Below the pieces are notes generated by a model that had not been told where the DNA came from, did no database searches, and worked only from the letters and a program-made list of their open reading frames with translations. DNA of 64,000 nt from positions 2,695,000 to 2,758,999 of the forward strand of contig CM082587.2 in NCBI GenBank assembly GCA_040954595.2. Reading direction: 5' to 3'. Of the stretch, positions 15,001 to 27,500 are shown piece after piece. Origin of the DNA: Balanoglossus misakiensis (Eukaryota; Animalia; Hemichordata). The translations under genes and the position numbers were made by a program. How positions within the stretch are numbered: position 1 is the first letter of the stretch; every line of letters starts with the position of its first letter.

Positions 15001-17105
15001 GACTCTTTGGCAGAGCCAAGAATTAAAAGGCAAGGACAGACACTAGGCGACACCACACCATCCGGTACATTCGCTCAATTACCGTACCATCTGAACTCTT
15101 TCTCCTGATTCAACTGAAGTGGCTTGTCTCCCCTTTGGCATAACTGGGTCATTTTTTTGTTTTCTGAGAGATGTTATTTATGCCGTACTGTGCCATTTAT
15201 ACTGACATTGGCATTTCCACCACATGAGGCAGTCTCAAGTGTTTGAAAAAAAAAGTCCTAGCTCGTGAAGGAGGCAGACTACAGCATGGCCTAACAAAAG
15301 TCACTTTATATAGACCTGAACATCTTTATAAGATGTTGGCTGTTTCCTAGAAGTTAAATTATTTGGCGAGGTTTTCAGGAGAGGAGCGGGATGGGGGGGG
15401 GGCATATTGGTAGGCACATAAAACTGACCACTGTGTTGGCTTTTTTGGCCACAACTGTGAAAACAGCTAGTTTACAATCACAGAAGGCTCTTCCTCCATG
15501 TTTGTAATGTGTATGTTTGTTTGTTTGTTTGTTGACAGGTTAGGGTAAGGGTTGGCCTGTACAGTTTATTATGTATGATTTTTTGAAGTGTATCATGGGG
15601 CACTTTCATGACCCCAATGTGACCTTTACATACTGACATCCTGTTGGTATGATTTTAGCATTTTGAGTTTAAACTCTGCAAAAGTGAACCAAACTATTTG
15701 TGCACTCTACCTCTCCCTGAAATAAAAAAATTCAAGTTTGTCTGTTACAAACAGGCGAATGTTTTTGAAGTTGAATGATGTATGATGTCATACCAAAAAA
15801 GACCAGGATGTGAGGTCACCCAGGGGTCAAGAAAATGGCCTCCAGTGCACCCATTTCATTGAAGGTACACACTCTGTACATTTCCTGCACTGAGAGGCAG
15901 ACGGCAGCAGAACAGAAAAGAATGCCAACACCAATATCCTTGGGGTAAGAGTTGCAATCATGATGTAAAAGACTCTCATCAGTGCAGTTGTTAAGGCAAC
16001 AAATTTTCTCTAGCAAGTTTCAGGGCTCTGTTCAGCCAAGTCCATGTACAATGTAATTACTTTCTGTGATCATATTTCAAGATTTACTGTCTGATTTATT
16101 TATCTCATCTTCTTTTACTGCATTTCCCTGGATATATGGGGCCAACCTTGTCATTATCCCACAATAAATTAGCAAAAAGTATTGGTAAAATAACTGGCAA
16201 ATCTTCAAATGACAAGACAAATTGGCTTCATATACTGTTGAAATCACCTTCACCACTGAAGGGTCAATCAATATTCATCTTTCATTATCTTCCTAATACC
16301 ATGTATTAAATCATACTGATGTAAAGATAGTAAACATTTTGCATACAGTATATATAACCTCAAAACTGTGCGTTTGTCTGTTTGTGTTCACCTGGGGTAT
16401 GTGCTGTTAAGATTGGCTATTCTGTCAATGCAGCATTTTGGCAACATTGACATGATAGACTAATTGGACTATTTTCTTTTCCTGTCATATTATATATATA
16501 CACCTATCTTTGTCATATCTTTTATGTTGATCAGATAATCAAGTTCCCATTTCATGGTTTGGCACATTTAGTATCTGCACAAAACAAATAAGGTGTTGTT
16601 TACACAATGTTTGTACTATTGAGAAGGGCATTGTTCTTGATCCACTGTTGTTTGTTGTTGTACTGCAAGGTGTTTGCACTTGGCTATCTTCATAGCCATC
16701 CGCAAACATTTATCCTGCAGTGCAACCCAGCAGTGACCTAAAAAACAATAAGCGCTGTCGACATTATACAATGTAGAGACTACAGTTATTACGCTTTCAC
16801 TAAATTTCGGGGTATCAGATTTGACAGATTTCGGCATATATGCGGGGTGTGTGTCTGCATTTATTGTGACTGACTATACACACCGATTTCGCACTGGGCT
16901 GTTTTAAAAGATGGTGTCAGACACGTAAAGAACACGGTCCGATCGGAATCCCATATGTAGTCGCCGCAGCCATCTGTAGAAGTAACACAAGACGTGAAAC
17001 AGAGACTGTACACACACACAACATTCACAACATCGAGTCGTGAGCATGTCGATTTCATGACGGGGTCCCATGATCTTTATGCCCCCGCCCCCTCCGGGTA
17101 CTCAC

Positions 17106-17790
17106 CAACAAAACGTTTGAACATCCAACTTTAGAGCTCTTTCGCCATCTGGATGTCAACAAAGGTCGTGTGCAAGGTGGGTCTTGACCATGAGAGGGCA
17201 AGAAAAACCGTTATCTGAACTGAAGGATGTCCGACAGATTGGTTAAAATCAAATCGCGTACGTCAAGGCCACAGTATTCGGATTACAAGATGTCGAATCA
17301 GGCTTACAACACTGAGTGTGTGTGCTGAGTTGATCGATCAGACTACGGTGATCAGACTGGCTATATATTCAATCAGTCTCCTTCGTGTCACAGAGAACCT
17401 CGAATGAAATAATGCTGCACAGGTTACTGTGAACAGACGACGGTAAACACAGCCAGAGAGCCACAGCAAGTGAAACCACAAGTTTCAGTTTACGTACGTC
17501 AACCGGCCGGGCTGTCAAACAACCTCAGCTCAGCTGGGCAACAGCAGTGTAGGTCCGTTTCCTGTCACTAAAACACGACAACAAACAGCAACTCGCGCAC
17601 GTACACAGTTAATATGATCCCACTCGTCTCGACGTCTTTGTGATCGCGAAGGTCTTGCTTCGGCGACGTGGGGTTTGCAGGCTTCCGATGTTGCCAACAC
17701 TCACTTGCTGACTGCTGCTGCCTAGCTTGTACACTCAATGGGTCGTGCGTGAATAAGCCGCGTCGGTGACGTCACGCCGCGGTTGCCTAG
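17106..17790 (-). promoter_or_regulatory. Probable promoter and first (largely 5'-UTR) exon of a minus-strand gene extending left out of the window
   Basis: Local CpG-rich island; palindromic CRE GTGACGTCAC at 17766-17775; consensus donor TTG|GTGAGTA ending at 17106; CpG-poor, intron-like sequence to the left with no convincing coding exons. Confidence 0.45.
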
Positions 17791-20683
17791 TTTCACAGAA
17801 GAAAGAATCATGGGAAGGAGAATATAAATTTACACACAGTCTTCTTACAGGACCTACTGAAGGTTGAAAGCCTACTTTCATTGACTTGTCCGATGCGACG
17901 AAGTCTTCTCTTACATAAAATGTTATATTCCGCTTGTATTCCGATGTTGACAGCAATTAGGCCTAGACTAGATGGTCACTGTTTGGAACTGAAGATGGAA
18001 AGCAAATGATACAAACTCCGGGAGATGTACCAACGCTTCTTTTGTCTTATCTCTTAGGCTAGGAGGAAATGGAGTCCTCTAATTCCACATCACAATATAT
18101 TTATTTCATGTTTCAATTTCTAAATATAGGTACAACCTCATCATGGGTCTTGCAAGCAATTTCCGCGCTGCGCATAGGCCCTATACTCTCTGCCTTGCAT
18201 TGTAAAACACAAAACCGATGACAGGCCATGAGCGAAGATTTTGCCGACTAGCACAGTACAGTACACAACCTGAAGTCGCGAAATGATGCCAAATACTGTC
18301 GCACACCCCAAAAACCATCCCTAAAGGAACTGGGAAAACTATATGTTTTTGGTGTTCAGGTTTTCACAATTGCCATGACGACACCGGAAATGGGAGACGT
18401 GATTGATCACATTATCTATCACCTGCATGGTAGGCTTAATTAAAAAAACATACACTGATAGAATACAACTCTGTCTCTGTCTTCTCCCTCTCTCTCTCAT
18501 AACGAAATATACGAAACAGCAACGGGAAACAAGTCTTGGTTTTCAAACTCCCTCTCGTGGCGACATTTTAAATGTTAAGTGGAAAATACACACCGTGGTA
18601 GCTGGAATAATTGTAGCCTTGGTAGGCTGATTGTCGAGATGGTATTTTATCTTTTATATATAAACTCTACACCACGTAATATTGTCTGAGTCGCATTGTT
18701 ACCAGCAGAGGACTTGCAACTATATCATCTACGTCATAATCTATTTTACGACCTTTTTATTTTTATTGTTTTATTTTCATGAGCTTTATTTTATTTGCAC
18801 TAAAGTGTAATTAGAAATGGTGAGATGTGATCATCTAACGACGCCTAGTTCTATAGGGAGTTATGGCAACTTATACGACAATAATTCCAACTTATTTCTC
18901 CAGTTCGTTCGTAGTCAAAATCACCGCGCTTGGAGGTTCGCTGGGCGTGACGTATCAGTCTATCTGACTTCAGAAGAGCCCCCAGATTAACCAAAGCGGT
19001 GGGAAAATATTTCTGCCAACTCTGTGTGGGACAAGAAATATAAATTTCATTTCTCGCATTTCTTGTCAGTGCTTCTTGATCAGTTGAATATTTTTACGGC
19101 CATGCATGCTCCCACCCTTTCGTCGTGTTATTATCCTGCCGGACAAAACAGAGACCCGTTGCTACGATCACTTTTATTGATACTCTTAAAAGGCATAGAA
19201 TAAATCAGTGCGCGACGCGTGTTTCGGTGTTGTGACTCACGATCAACTATTCTTCACCACGACATAGATGCTTTGAATACTAGAAGTCTTGGAGCCCTTC
19301 CAAAAATTCCGCCACGGATGGTCACACCACAAGACGTCGCAGCCAGCGTTCTTGAAAACAAAACGCACCGATCACACAATTCGTGCATCGCTTTGGAAAT
19401 TTACCTGGTTCAGTTGCGACTTTTGCATTTGAAGTTAACAGCTTTTTTCTTCTTAATTCGGAGCGAGTCTTTCCAAAGAATGTTTTAAGATCAAGCTATG
19501 TTTCCACGACAACGTTGCGTGCTGTGTGTAAACGGGTACCTGGTGTAGGCCTACACCCTGTGGATTATCATTTCAAGGGTTTTTTATTCGGTTGGAGAAT
19601 GAGTTTGAATTATTCGCGTGCCACTAGGCCTACAGGGAGAACTCGAGAGGCTATGCATGAATGGTGCATCCAAAACGATACGCGTTTTCTTACTTAATTC
19701 TATTGTCTCTTGCGCAGCACGTCCACGTCGATAACTTTTCGACCTAGGATGGTTTCGCTTCACTGATCTGTAACCGAGGGACAAAAGTCGACGAGCAGTT
19801 AAATATGATTGGATGAAATATTCTAAATATAAAACCCTGTTATATGTAATATATAACAACAACAAATAAATTACATTCTCTCAAATTAAGGGATCTGTGG
19901 CAATAGCAATGAGCGTTAATTAATTGACTGAATTAATCGAATAATTACCTATTTTATTTATTCATTTTGTAACCACCTCTCACGGTTTTCTCTAAAGTAT
20001 ATGGTTGCTCACATTCTGATGTTACAAATTGTGAAATTCGATATATCAACGCTATATTTTCTTTAAACCCGACTCTTCAAACTTTACATCGGATAGCATT
20101 ACTGCAGTCACCTTGCTTTCAGCCGCAGTTCAATGCTCAGCCAACCGTGACAACCACACACGTCTGATAATGGTTTCAGCAGGGGACGATAAATTCTTAA
20201 GTGACCCTGAAATCGTCATCATGGGCGATGCTTTTATATACACACCCGTTGAAAATCCAATAATCATGTTGCTTGTAAATAACCCCGGTTAAATTGGAAT
20301 GCTTAAACAATCTTGAATGTGTTTGAATGCTGAATCCTACGCGGATAACTTGGATTTGCGGTTTACTGACAGACAATGGTCTCATCGGAATTCTCGTTGT
20401 ATTACGGTGTTAGTTTTTGGGCTGCATGTTTGGCCAATACCACACTCTGCCACATGTATGCGGATACCTGTAGACTAAAGTAAGTAAAGTTGACAGCTAA
20501 CCAATCACAGATTTTCACTTGCTGGCAATTAATTAACGATTAGAAGTTGTTCAATAAATTCGAAGAAGTTTCTTTAGAAAGTGGGTGAGTTTTAGCCAGA
20601 GAGGTTGCTCCAGCCTACCATGTTCATAAAACCAGAATTTCAAATGAATTACAGAAAAAAAAGACTTATTTTAATTTAAATAT

Positions 20684-20689
20684 TTTATT
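20684..20689 (-). terminator. Candidate distal polyadenylation signal of EDEM3 (3' UTR ~2.75 kb)
   Basis: AATAAA on the minus strand followed ~25-35 nt later by a U-rich run; another AATAAA lies near 22156. Confidence 0.35.
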
Positions 20690-23436
20690 CGTATTTTTGC
20701 GTAATATTAATAACATACTCCTTATCAGGAAGACATTTGTGCAGGATATTTACAGAACTCTGATCATTTGGAACATTAGGAAAAAAGAGGAGAAGGAAAC
20801 GGGTGCCTGGGAAACGGGGACATCAAAGAGCAACTCGTGCTGCTGCTGAAGAAAATCCGCACAGTGTGTGATTGAATCGTCCTTGGTTGCCATGGAGATG
20901 GGAAGATGGGGGATTCTTTTTGTCCGGTGGTGTTAACACGAGTACATTATTTTCCGCTTCTGTGGACGCTGTTTCAAGCTCTCTGCATCGAATTCTCTGT
21001 CTCTTGGTTCCTGAAGGTGGGATACCCACCGTGACAGACTCACAGGGGTGAACCAGGCATCTCTCTTCTTTTGTGTTAAGAAGATTGGCTGCTTTCTTTC
21101 TGGCTTTGAAAGCATCTTATTATTCATTATGAAGCAATCCACTGGGACGACCATACTACACGATTCCACATCAATTAACAGAGCCTCGCCAATTAAATGT
21201 ATTTCCAAGCCACAAGGTCGGCTATAAATAGACACATAATTATTGTCAGACACAGAGTATTGTAAAAAAAAAACAGAGACCACATTTATCTTATTTCACA
21301 TCTCCTAAATAAAAAAGGGGTGCCAATGCTGCCAATCGCAAAGCAAAATACCAGGACAACACAACCGATGCATGAAGACATCGCCACCTCTTCTGGGTCG
21401 TAGGTCGGGTCAAAGATCAAACCTAGTCCTCAACTCTTTCCACGGCCAGTTTTGAACATCGCAAATGATAGACTCTCCAACGACAAATGTTAAAAGGTGG
21501 CAGAACTGACTAAGTGGCAATTACAAAGTCCATTCACAAGACTAATTGGCAATCTAGATCTCAAAGCCGAATTTGCATTGATTTAATTAAATCCACTGAT
21601 TAAATCCACCGAAAGGGACAATGCCTTCATCAAATCAACAGTGAACTTTCTGCAATGAAACAAAGCCTTCTGCAGAAATATTGCGAGAATGCCAACATGA
21701 CGAAAATATGAAAACTAAAAAGAATTTAAAACTATGATTATAATAGTAAAATTAGGGGACCAATCATATTTCAGCACTGCGTGGGGGGGGAGGGGGCTCA
21801 AATCTGAGCCAATCATAAGTTAGCATTTTCATGATGATACAATCTTGAAGAAAAAAGCAGATGGCTGAATAAGAAACTCATTAAAACCAACAACAAAAAT
21901 ACACCGATATGCAACCAATAAAATTTTCAAATAAAATCGTGCTTTCACAAGGGCATTTAGGATTCACAGAGCATTCATGTCAGCCATTAATCATTTGCTT
22001 TCATTAACGTGTCAGGATAAGTATCAGACACACAGACACTTTGAGTTAAACAGCAAGAGCTGTATATACAGAATGTTAAAACCCTATAAATACTGCATAG
22101 TGACCTAAGAGTGAGAGGATAAGAACTATCTGGGTATTTTCTATACATGACATTCTTTATTCTAAAAAGAAAAGGTGAAAGAATGGGTCATAATATAATG
22201 ACCATTCTCAAGAACGACCAGTTAGTATAACATGCTCAGTTTCGACTTTTTCTGTGTTTATAGTTTAGCCATAAATCTGGACGGCAGTGACACTTTCGAT
22301 CGTTTGAAACCACTGATTATCCTGTCTGTCAAATCGCGACTGTCAAAACATCAATGCATATTTCGCAAATGGTTCATAATATAAGGTATACGAATGGATC
22401 TCAGGCGTCTCAATTCAACCACAAGAGGGCGTTATACTCGTCACTGGCCAGATAAGGGCGCTCATTCAAAACTATGAACATACTAGCTGCAGTGCAACAG
22501 GAATACACGTCAAATTTCTAGTTTAAAAATGTCACCTATCGATTGCACAGTATATTTCAAACCCTGGGAGTGAAATCTGTTGGTTTTTTTCAACTGCTTA
22601 TATTTAAATATGATTCTCTTGATAATCCCCATGGCCCGATGGGTAATAGTCGTTACACACAAGCACACGTCTCAGTTGAACTTGGACAAACATACTGACA
22701 TAAATATTGAAACAACACAGCCATGATTGAGATACCCCACCCCCCTCGCCTGATCAGACACAAATCATGTTCTCCATCAGTCAACGACACAAATCAACTC
22801 ATAGATCAGAAACACAACTGAGACTACCATCTACACCTAGAGTTGTACGAATTGCGATCAACGCTGCTGATTAACAAAATATGTAAATCTCACCACAGAA
22901 TTTCATGGGACTTCTGGTCTTCCACTGTGTGTTTTTCAAAATGTTAGCCTCTGATTGTAATACTGATCACATGATCGTTACTGCACATGATTCATTTTCC
23001 CAGAGACAATTCTGGGATATTCAACAGATTCACGTTTCAAAATTCCCCAAGAAAAAAAGATCAGTTTGTCATGTTTTCTCAATCCACACAGAACGGCAGA
23101 TTGATTTGCTGCTGTTTGAATACACATTATAACTGGCCACCCCTCAGAAATGCAGAGAATGGTATAACCTGGTAGTGAGTATAAAGATAGGGAATATTCT
23201 GAGATATAAAAAGCGGGAAGTGAAATTGCCCCTGAGATGACATAACTTGATTCTCTTGCACCATAGCAGATCAGTTTGGTTGTTCCATTATAAACGGGAC
23301 CATTCAATGGACTTCTGTTGCAGTCATGTTTGCATCTCTTCCTTCCTTTCCATCTGGAAGCTGTTGTCCAATATTTATAGATTATTTGATGTCATTAAAA
23401 AAAAATAATAAAGGGTTCATCAGAAATTGCCTATCA

Positions 23437-24581
23437 TCAGAGCTCATCTTTCTCCTCCTTGTTGTTTTGCACTTGTAAATATGGCTGCTGCTTCTCTTTC
23501 TGACTGGCTAAGTTCTTCTGCACTTGCTGCTGCAGCTCTTCCTGCCGCTGTTGGTGCAATTTCAGCCGCTGCTCCTGTGCCAGCTGTTCTTGCAGTTCCC
23601 ACTCGCGTTGCCTCGATTCTAGCGTCTCCTGCTTGGCTTGCGGGTCCTGGAACTGCGTCTCCTGCTGGGGCTGTGGTTGCTGGCTCTGCGGGCCGCTGTC
23701 ATGTTCTTGTTGCTGCTGGGGCTGGTGGCATTGGATGTGCTGTTGTTGCAGCAGTTGCTGTTCGCGTTGCTCCTGTGCTTGGCGAAGTTGCTGCTGTGCA
23801 GTGTCAGGCTGGTCTGGCTCCGACGACGCAGCTTGCGGAGTTGCCGGTGGCTGAGGATGCTGCTGCGTCTGTCCGTGTTGCTGCTGTTGTCTTCTAACCT
23901 GACTTTCGTGTTGCACTTGCACATGTGGGTGGGGCTGCTGCATCTGTTGCTCAACTGACACCTGTTGTGGTTGCACACCACCATGCATTTTTGGCGCTGG
24001 CGTTGGCTGCACTGTGTGCTGCATCTGCTGCGGACTACTTGTCTGCTGTTCATCTACATCTACCAATTCTTCAACACTTGGCTCGGGTGGTGCCTGCAGT
24101 CCCACACCCGGAATCTCAGCACCCTCCTCCAAAGCTTTCCCATCCCCGCCAACCGGCACCTCTTCCACCCTCACCGTTTCTTTCAGATACTTCCGAAGCT
24201 TCTGCAGGTCCTGCCACACTTGATTGTCCCCGGTCTCCTGGGATAAATCAACGCCGACCTCCAGAGTCCCTGGCTCCGACGTCCTCTCCCGGTCGTCGTC
24301 TCCGTACTGAACTTCGACGTCCAGGTTGAATTTGGAGAGTCTCAGATCTCTCTGCGTCTCCTCCAGCTGTCTGATGTACTCCTCGATTCCCCCTTCTCCC
24401 CCGACCATTCTCTGCACTTCGTTCATGATGGCGTCCACCAGGTCATCCCGCACCTCTGGTCCTGAAGTCTTCGAAGAACCAAAGCCCAGTGTCGTTTCTT
24501 TTCCCTCTCCACTGCCGGTGGTATCCTCTGGCGTTCCGGATTCACTTTCCATATCAGCTTGTTTTTGTTTTAAAATGTCAT
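23437..24581 (-). CDS. EDEM3: EDEM3 terminal exon 20 (acidic/Gln-rich tail, KDEL)
   Basis: Acceptor ttctttcttttgtag|; open frame to ...EEKDEL followed by TGA TGA TAG. Confidence 0.88.
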
Positions 24582-27500
24582 CTACAAAAGAAAGAAGACA
24601 AGGCAGAGGATCAGACATTGCATCTCTGATTGGCTCAAATCCTCTGCAATCCCACCCACTGCCAGTAACTGACCAATTAAACTCACCGATAGATTTTGCC
24701 TTGTCAACCAGCATCACTTCAAGGTAGCCATCTTGATCTGAGACTGTGTCCAATAGGATCTTGCCTTCTTTCCAGAAAAGGAAGATTGCTGCCAAGGTAA
24801 CGTCGCTACTGCCATCACCTGACATCGCGAAGATGGGAGACATGTCGCTACTCGACCCCTCGTTGTTGTCGATGATGATAGCACCAATAGCACCAAGTTT
24901 CTGGATGTTTCTCACCTACCGGAAAATTGTACGAAATATCATCATCACCATCATCACTACTACCATCATCTCAAAACATGATCAAACACGTCCATTATTC
25001 TAATGAGAAACGTGGTATTACCTTGTCTATAAACATGCAGTCTCCCCTTTCCATGATCACAATCCTGCCAACAAATTCCTCTGCATTGTTCACCTCTGCA
25101 CATGCTCTAAAGGGGTCTGCTACCACCGCCTCACCATACACCTGTTATCAAGTGAAAAATGAACAAAGTGAAAAAGCTCACAACTATTAGACTCTATCCA
25201 AGGTTCTAGTCAGCACTGGCCGACCTGACCAGCACTCAAGTGAAATAGCTAGCCAGCAGTGTACTCAATCTAGTCTATTGTCTCTTTTTGATACATTGAT
25301 GAATGGGTATCTTCTTAGCACAGTCTAAGCCCAAGCTGAATAAATGTTGAAAAAATCTACCTACCCCAAAGTGGCCGTGTAACTCCATACCAAACTGAGC
25401 AGGTCCTGCTGTCAATACAATACTACCCAGGTAGGGCGATGAAATCAACTGAACAGCTCGTGGTTGGTATTCTGAAATTCGATGAAAATTGTGGATGCAG
25501 GTGTATATCTGGGTATTAGAAAGAACTCAATACACACAATGATGTCACCTTAGGAGTTCTTTTATTGCATTATACTGAATTCCACACACATCACACAGAA
25601 ACCAACACAACACACAGGACGGTCACATCTTTATCTCACATAGATCACTCTCATCATTCAACAGCATGCTTGCAATCCACACAGCCACTCCTCTCTCGTC
25701 TCTCACCAGAACCCATCACCCGGTAGCTCCGCACACACTCTGACCCGAATCACGACAGCGCCACAATTACCTTCCTGAGACTGCACCTTGGAGAGTTCGA
25801 TCATCTCCTGCATGAAAATCATGCCTTCTTCCGCGTCTTCCGGAGTGGCAGCCTGGACGAAATAAAAACAGGGAAACAGGTTATTTCCAGAGAGTACACC
25901 CGGAATGCCCTTATGGACCATATTCGTATGGACTGACGGTCGGGCAGTGGGGAATGTTCTCATTATAATTGACAGTGCCTCTAGTACCTACATGTATCTC
26001 ACGTATTCCTCGACTCACCTGCGATGCTGTATGCAACAACTGGACCCGGCCGTCTCTCATGGTGACCAGTCGGATTCCCATCTTCTTCAGCAGCATCTCG
26101 TGTTCTCGGTTGCCGGGGATGAAGTCGACCGCTCTCAAAGTGCCCTCTTTCTGGAACACTCTGTGAGTACATCACAATGGTGGCACATTAGGGCACATTG
26201 AGCAATGTTTGGGAATACATGAAACAGCTGTTTGTCTCTATCCGTGTATTTGTCTGTGTTTATAGTCACTCTCCCCATCCCTTCTCTGTCTGGTTGTTTG
26301 TCAACCTGTAGTTTGACTGTGTGCCTATATCTATATGTAACTCTTTGTCTCTGAGACTCTGTTTGTCTGTCTGTCAGTGTGGTCTCTCATTTCTGCACAC
26401 ACACTTTGACCAAAAATGTTTGTGTAGTAAGCTTGCAAGGATATCATTCCCAGGAACCAGTTTCTCATTTTATCAACCAAGAGCAAACCACACGCAACAC
26501 AAGATCCACACAGCTACATGGTACCTACTTCTTAGGCATGTTGAAAGTCGGCCTGTGACTCTGCGAACACACTTGGTCCGCGCTCGTCTGCGGCGGTGTT
26601 GGCGTCCTGATCAGCTCGGCAAACTGTGCGATGCTCTGCTTGTAGTTGTGGTTGGGACAGGTGCGATCGTAATTCATCGTGTATTCCAGAACTTCCGGTG
26701 GTGCTTCCTGTGGAATGGAAAGTGGGAAAATCAATATAGGTCATTTTTTTATCACAAAGTGAAAGAGACGTGAAGTGTACAAAAGATGCTTGATTCTTAC
26801 CACATTTTTGGCAGCCGCTGTCTTGTTTCTCATGTTACCAATGTAAAGTGGCAGTAAATGGGCCTCCGTTGTGAATATGTAATCGTCTAACTCAATGATG
26901 AGGTCATCAGTCTCGGCAAATAACAAGTAGAGATACTTGAACGTCTCAGCCAGGACAAAAGAATCCATCCTGCAAAGATGACATTGGGAAGATGAAAATC
27001 TTGGTCAGTATTTCAATGTCCACTTTTTAATTGACAAAGTCGGACGTATTTATGTGTTCAGTCTGCAACAAGGAATGACCTTTGACACCATCCATCTTAC
27101 CTGTCTTCATGGCTACCAGTGCGCACATCTTTCATACCGGCAAATCCACAGGGCACCCTGGCGTGATGGTTCAAATTATCCATTATGTTCTTCCCGACTT
27201 CCAAATAGTATGGATCGCCCGTAGCCTAACATGGGGATAAGTGTATTATTCATCAACAGTTGTTGTGATACCCTGTTGGATGAGGGAATTGACAAAGAAA
27301 CTGGACCAATCAAATATAACCCTCACAACTTCAAGACTGTCCCCCAAAATAGTATTATGACCAACAATACCTTGTATAAAAAGAAAGTACTTTCTACAAA
27401 TTCAGGTCGGAGTGGATGCTGGCCCCAGTACACATTGTGATCCACTGTAAATGCCTGAAATCATCAAGAATAAGGGCAGAAATTAGCATATTAATGTCTC

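Noticed and set aside
23427-24727. Plus-strand Cys-rich (metallothionein-like), Leu-rich and Ala-rich ORFs
   Set aside because: Antisense shadows of the CAG/CAA-rich EDEM3 terminal exon (TGC/CTG/GCT frames).
25188-25277. TAGACT...AGTCTA-bounded segment in an EDEM3 intron
   Set aside because: Only a 6-bp inverted match, too weak to call a MITE.
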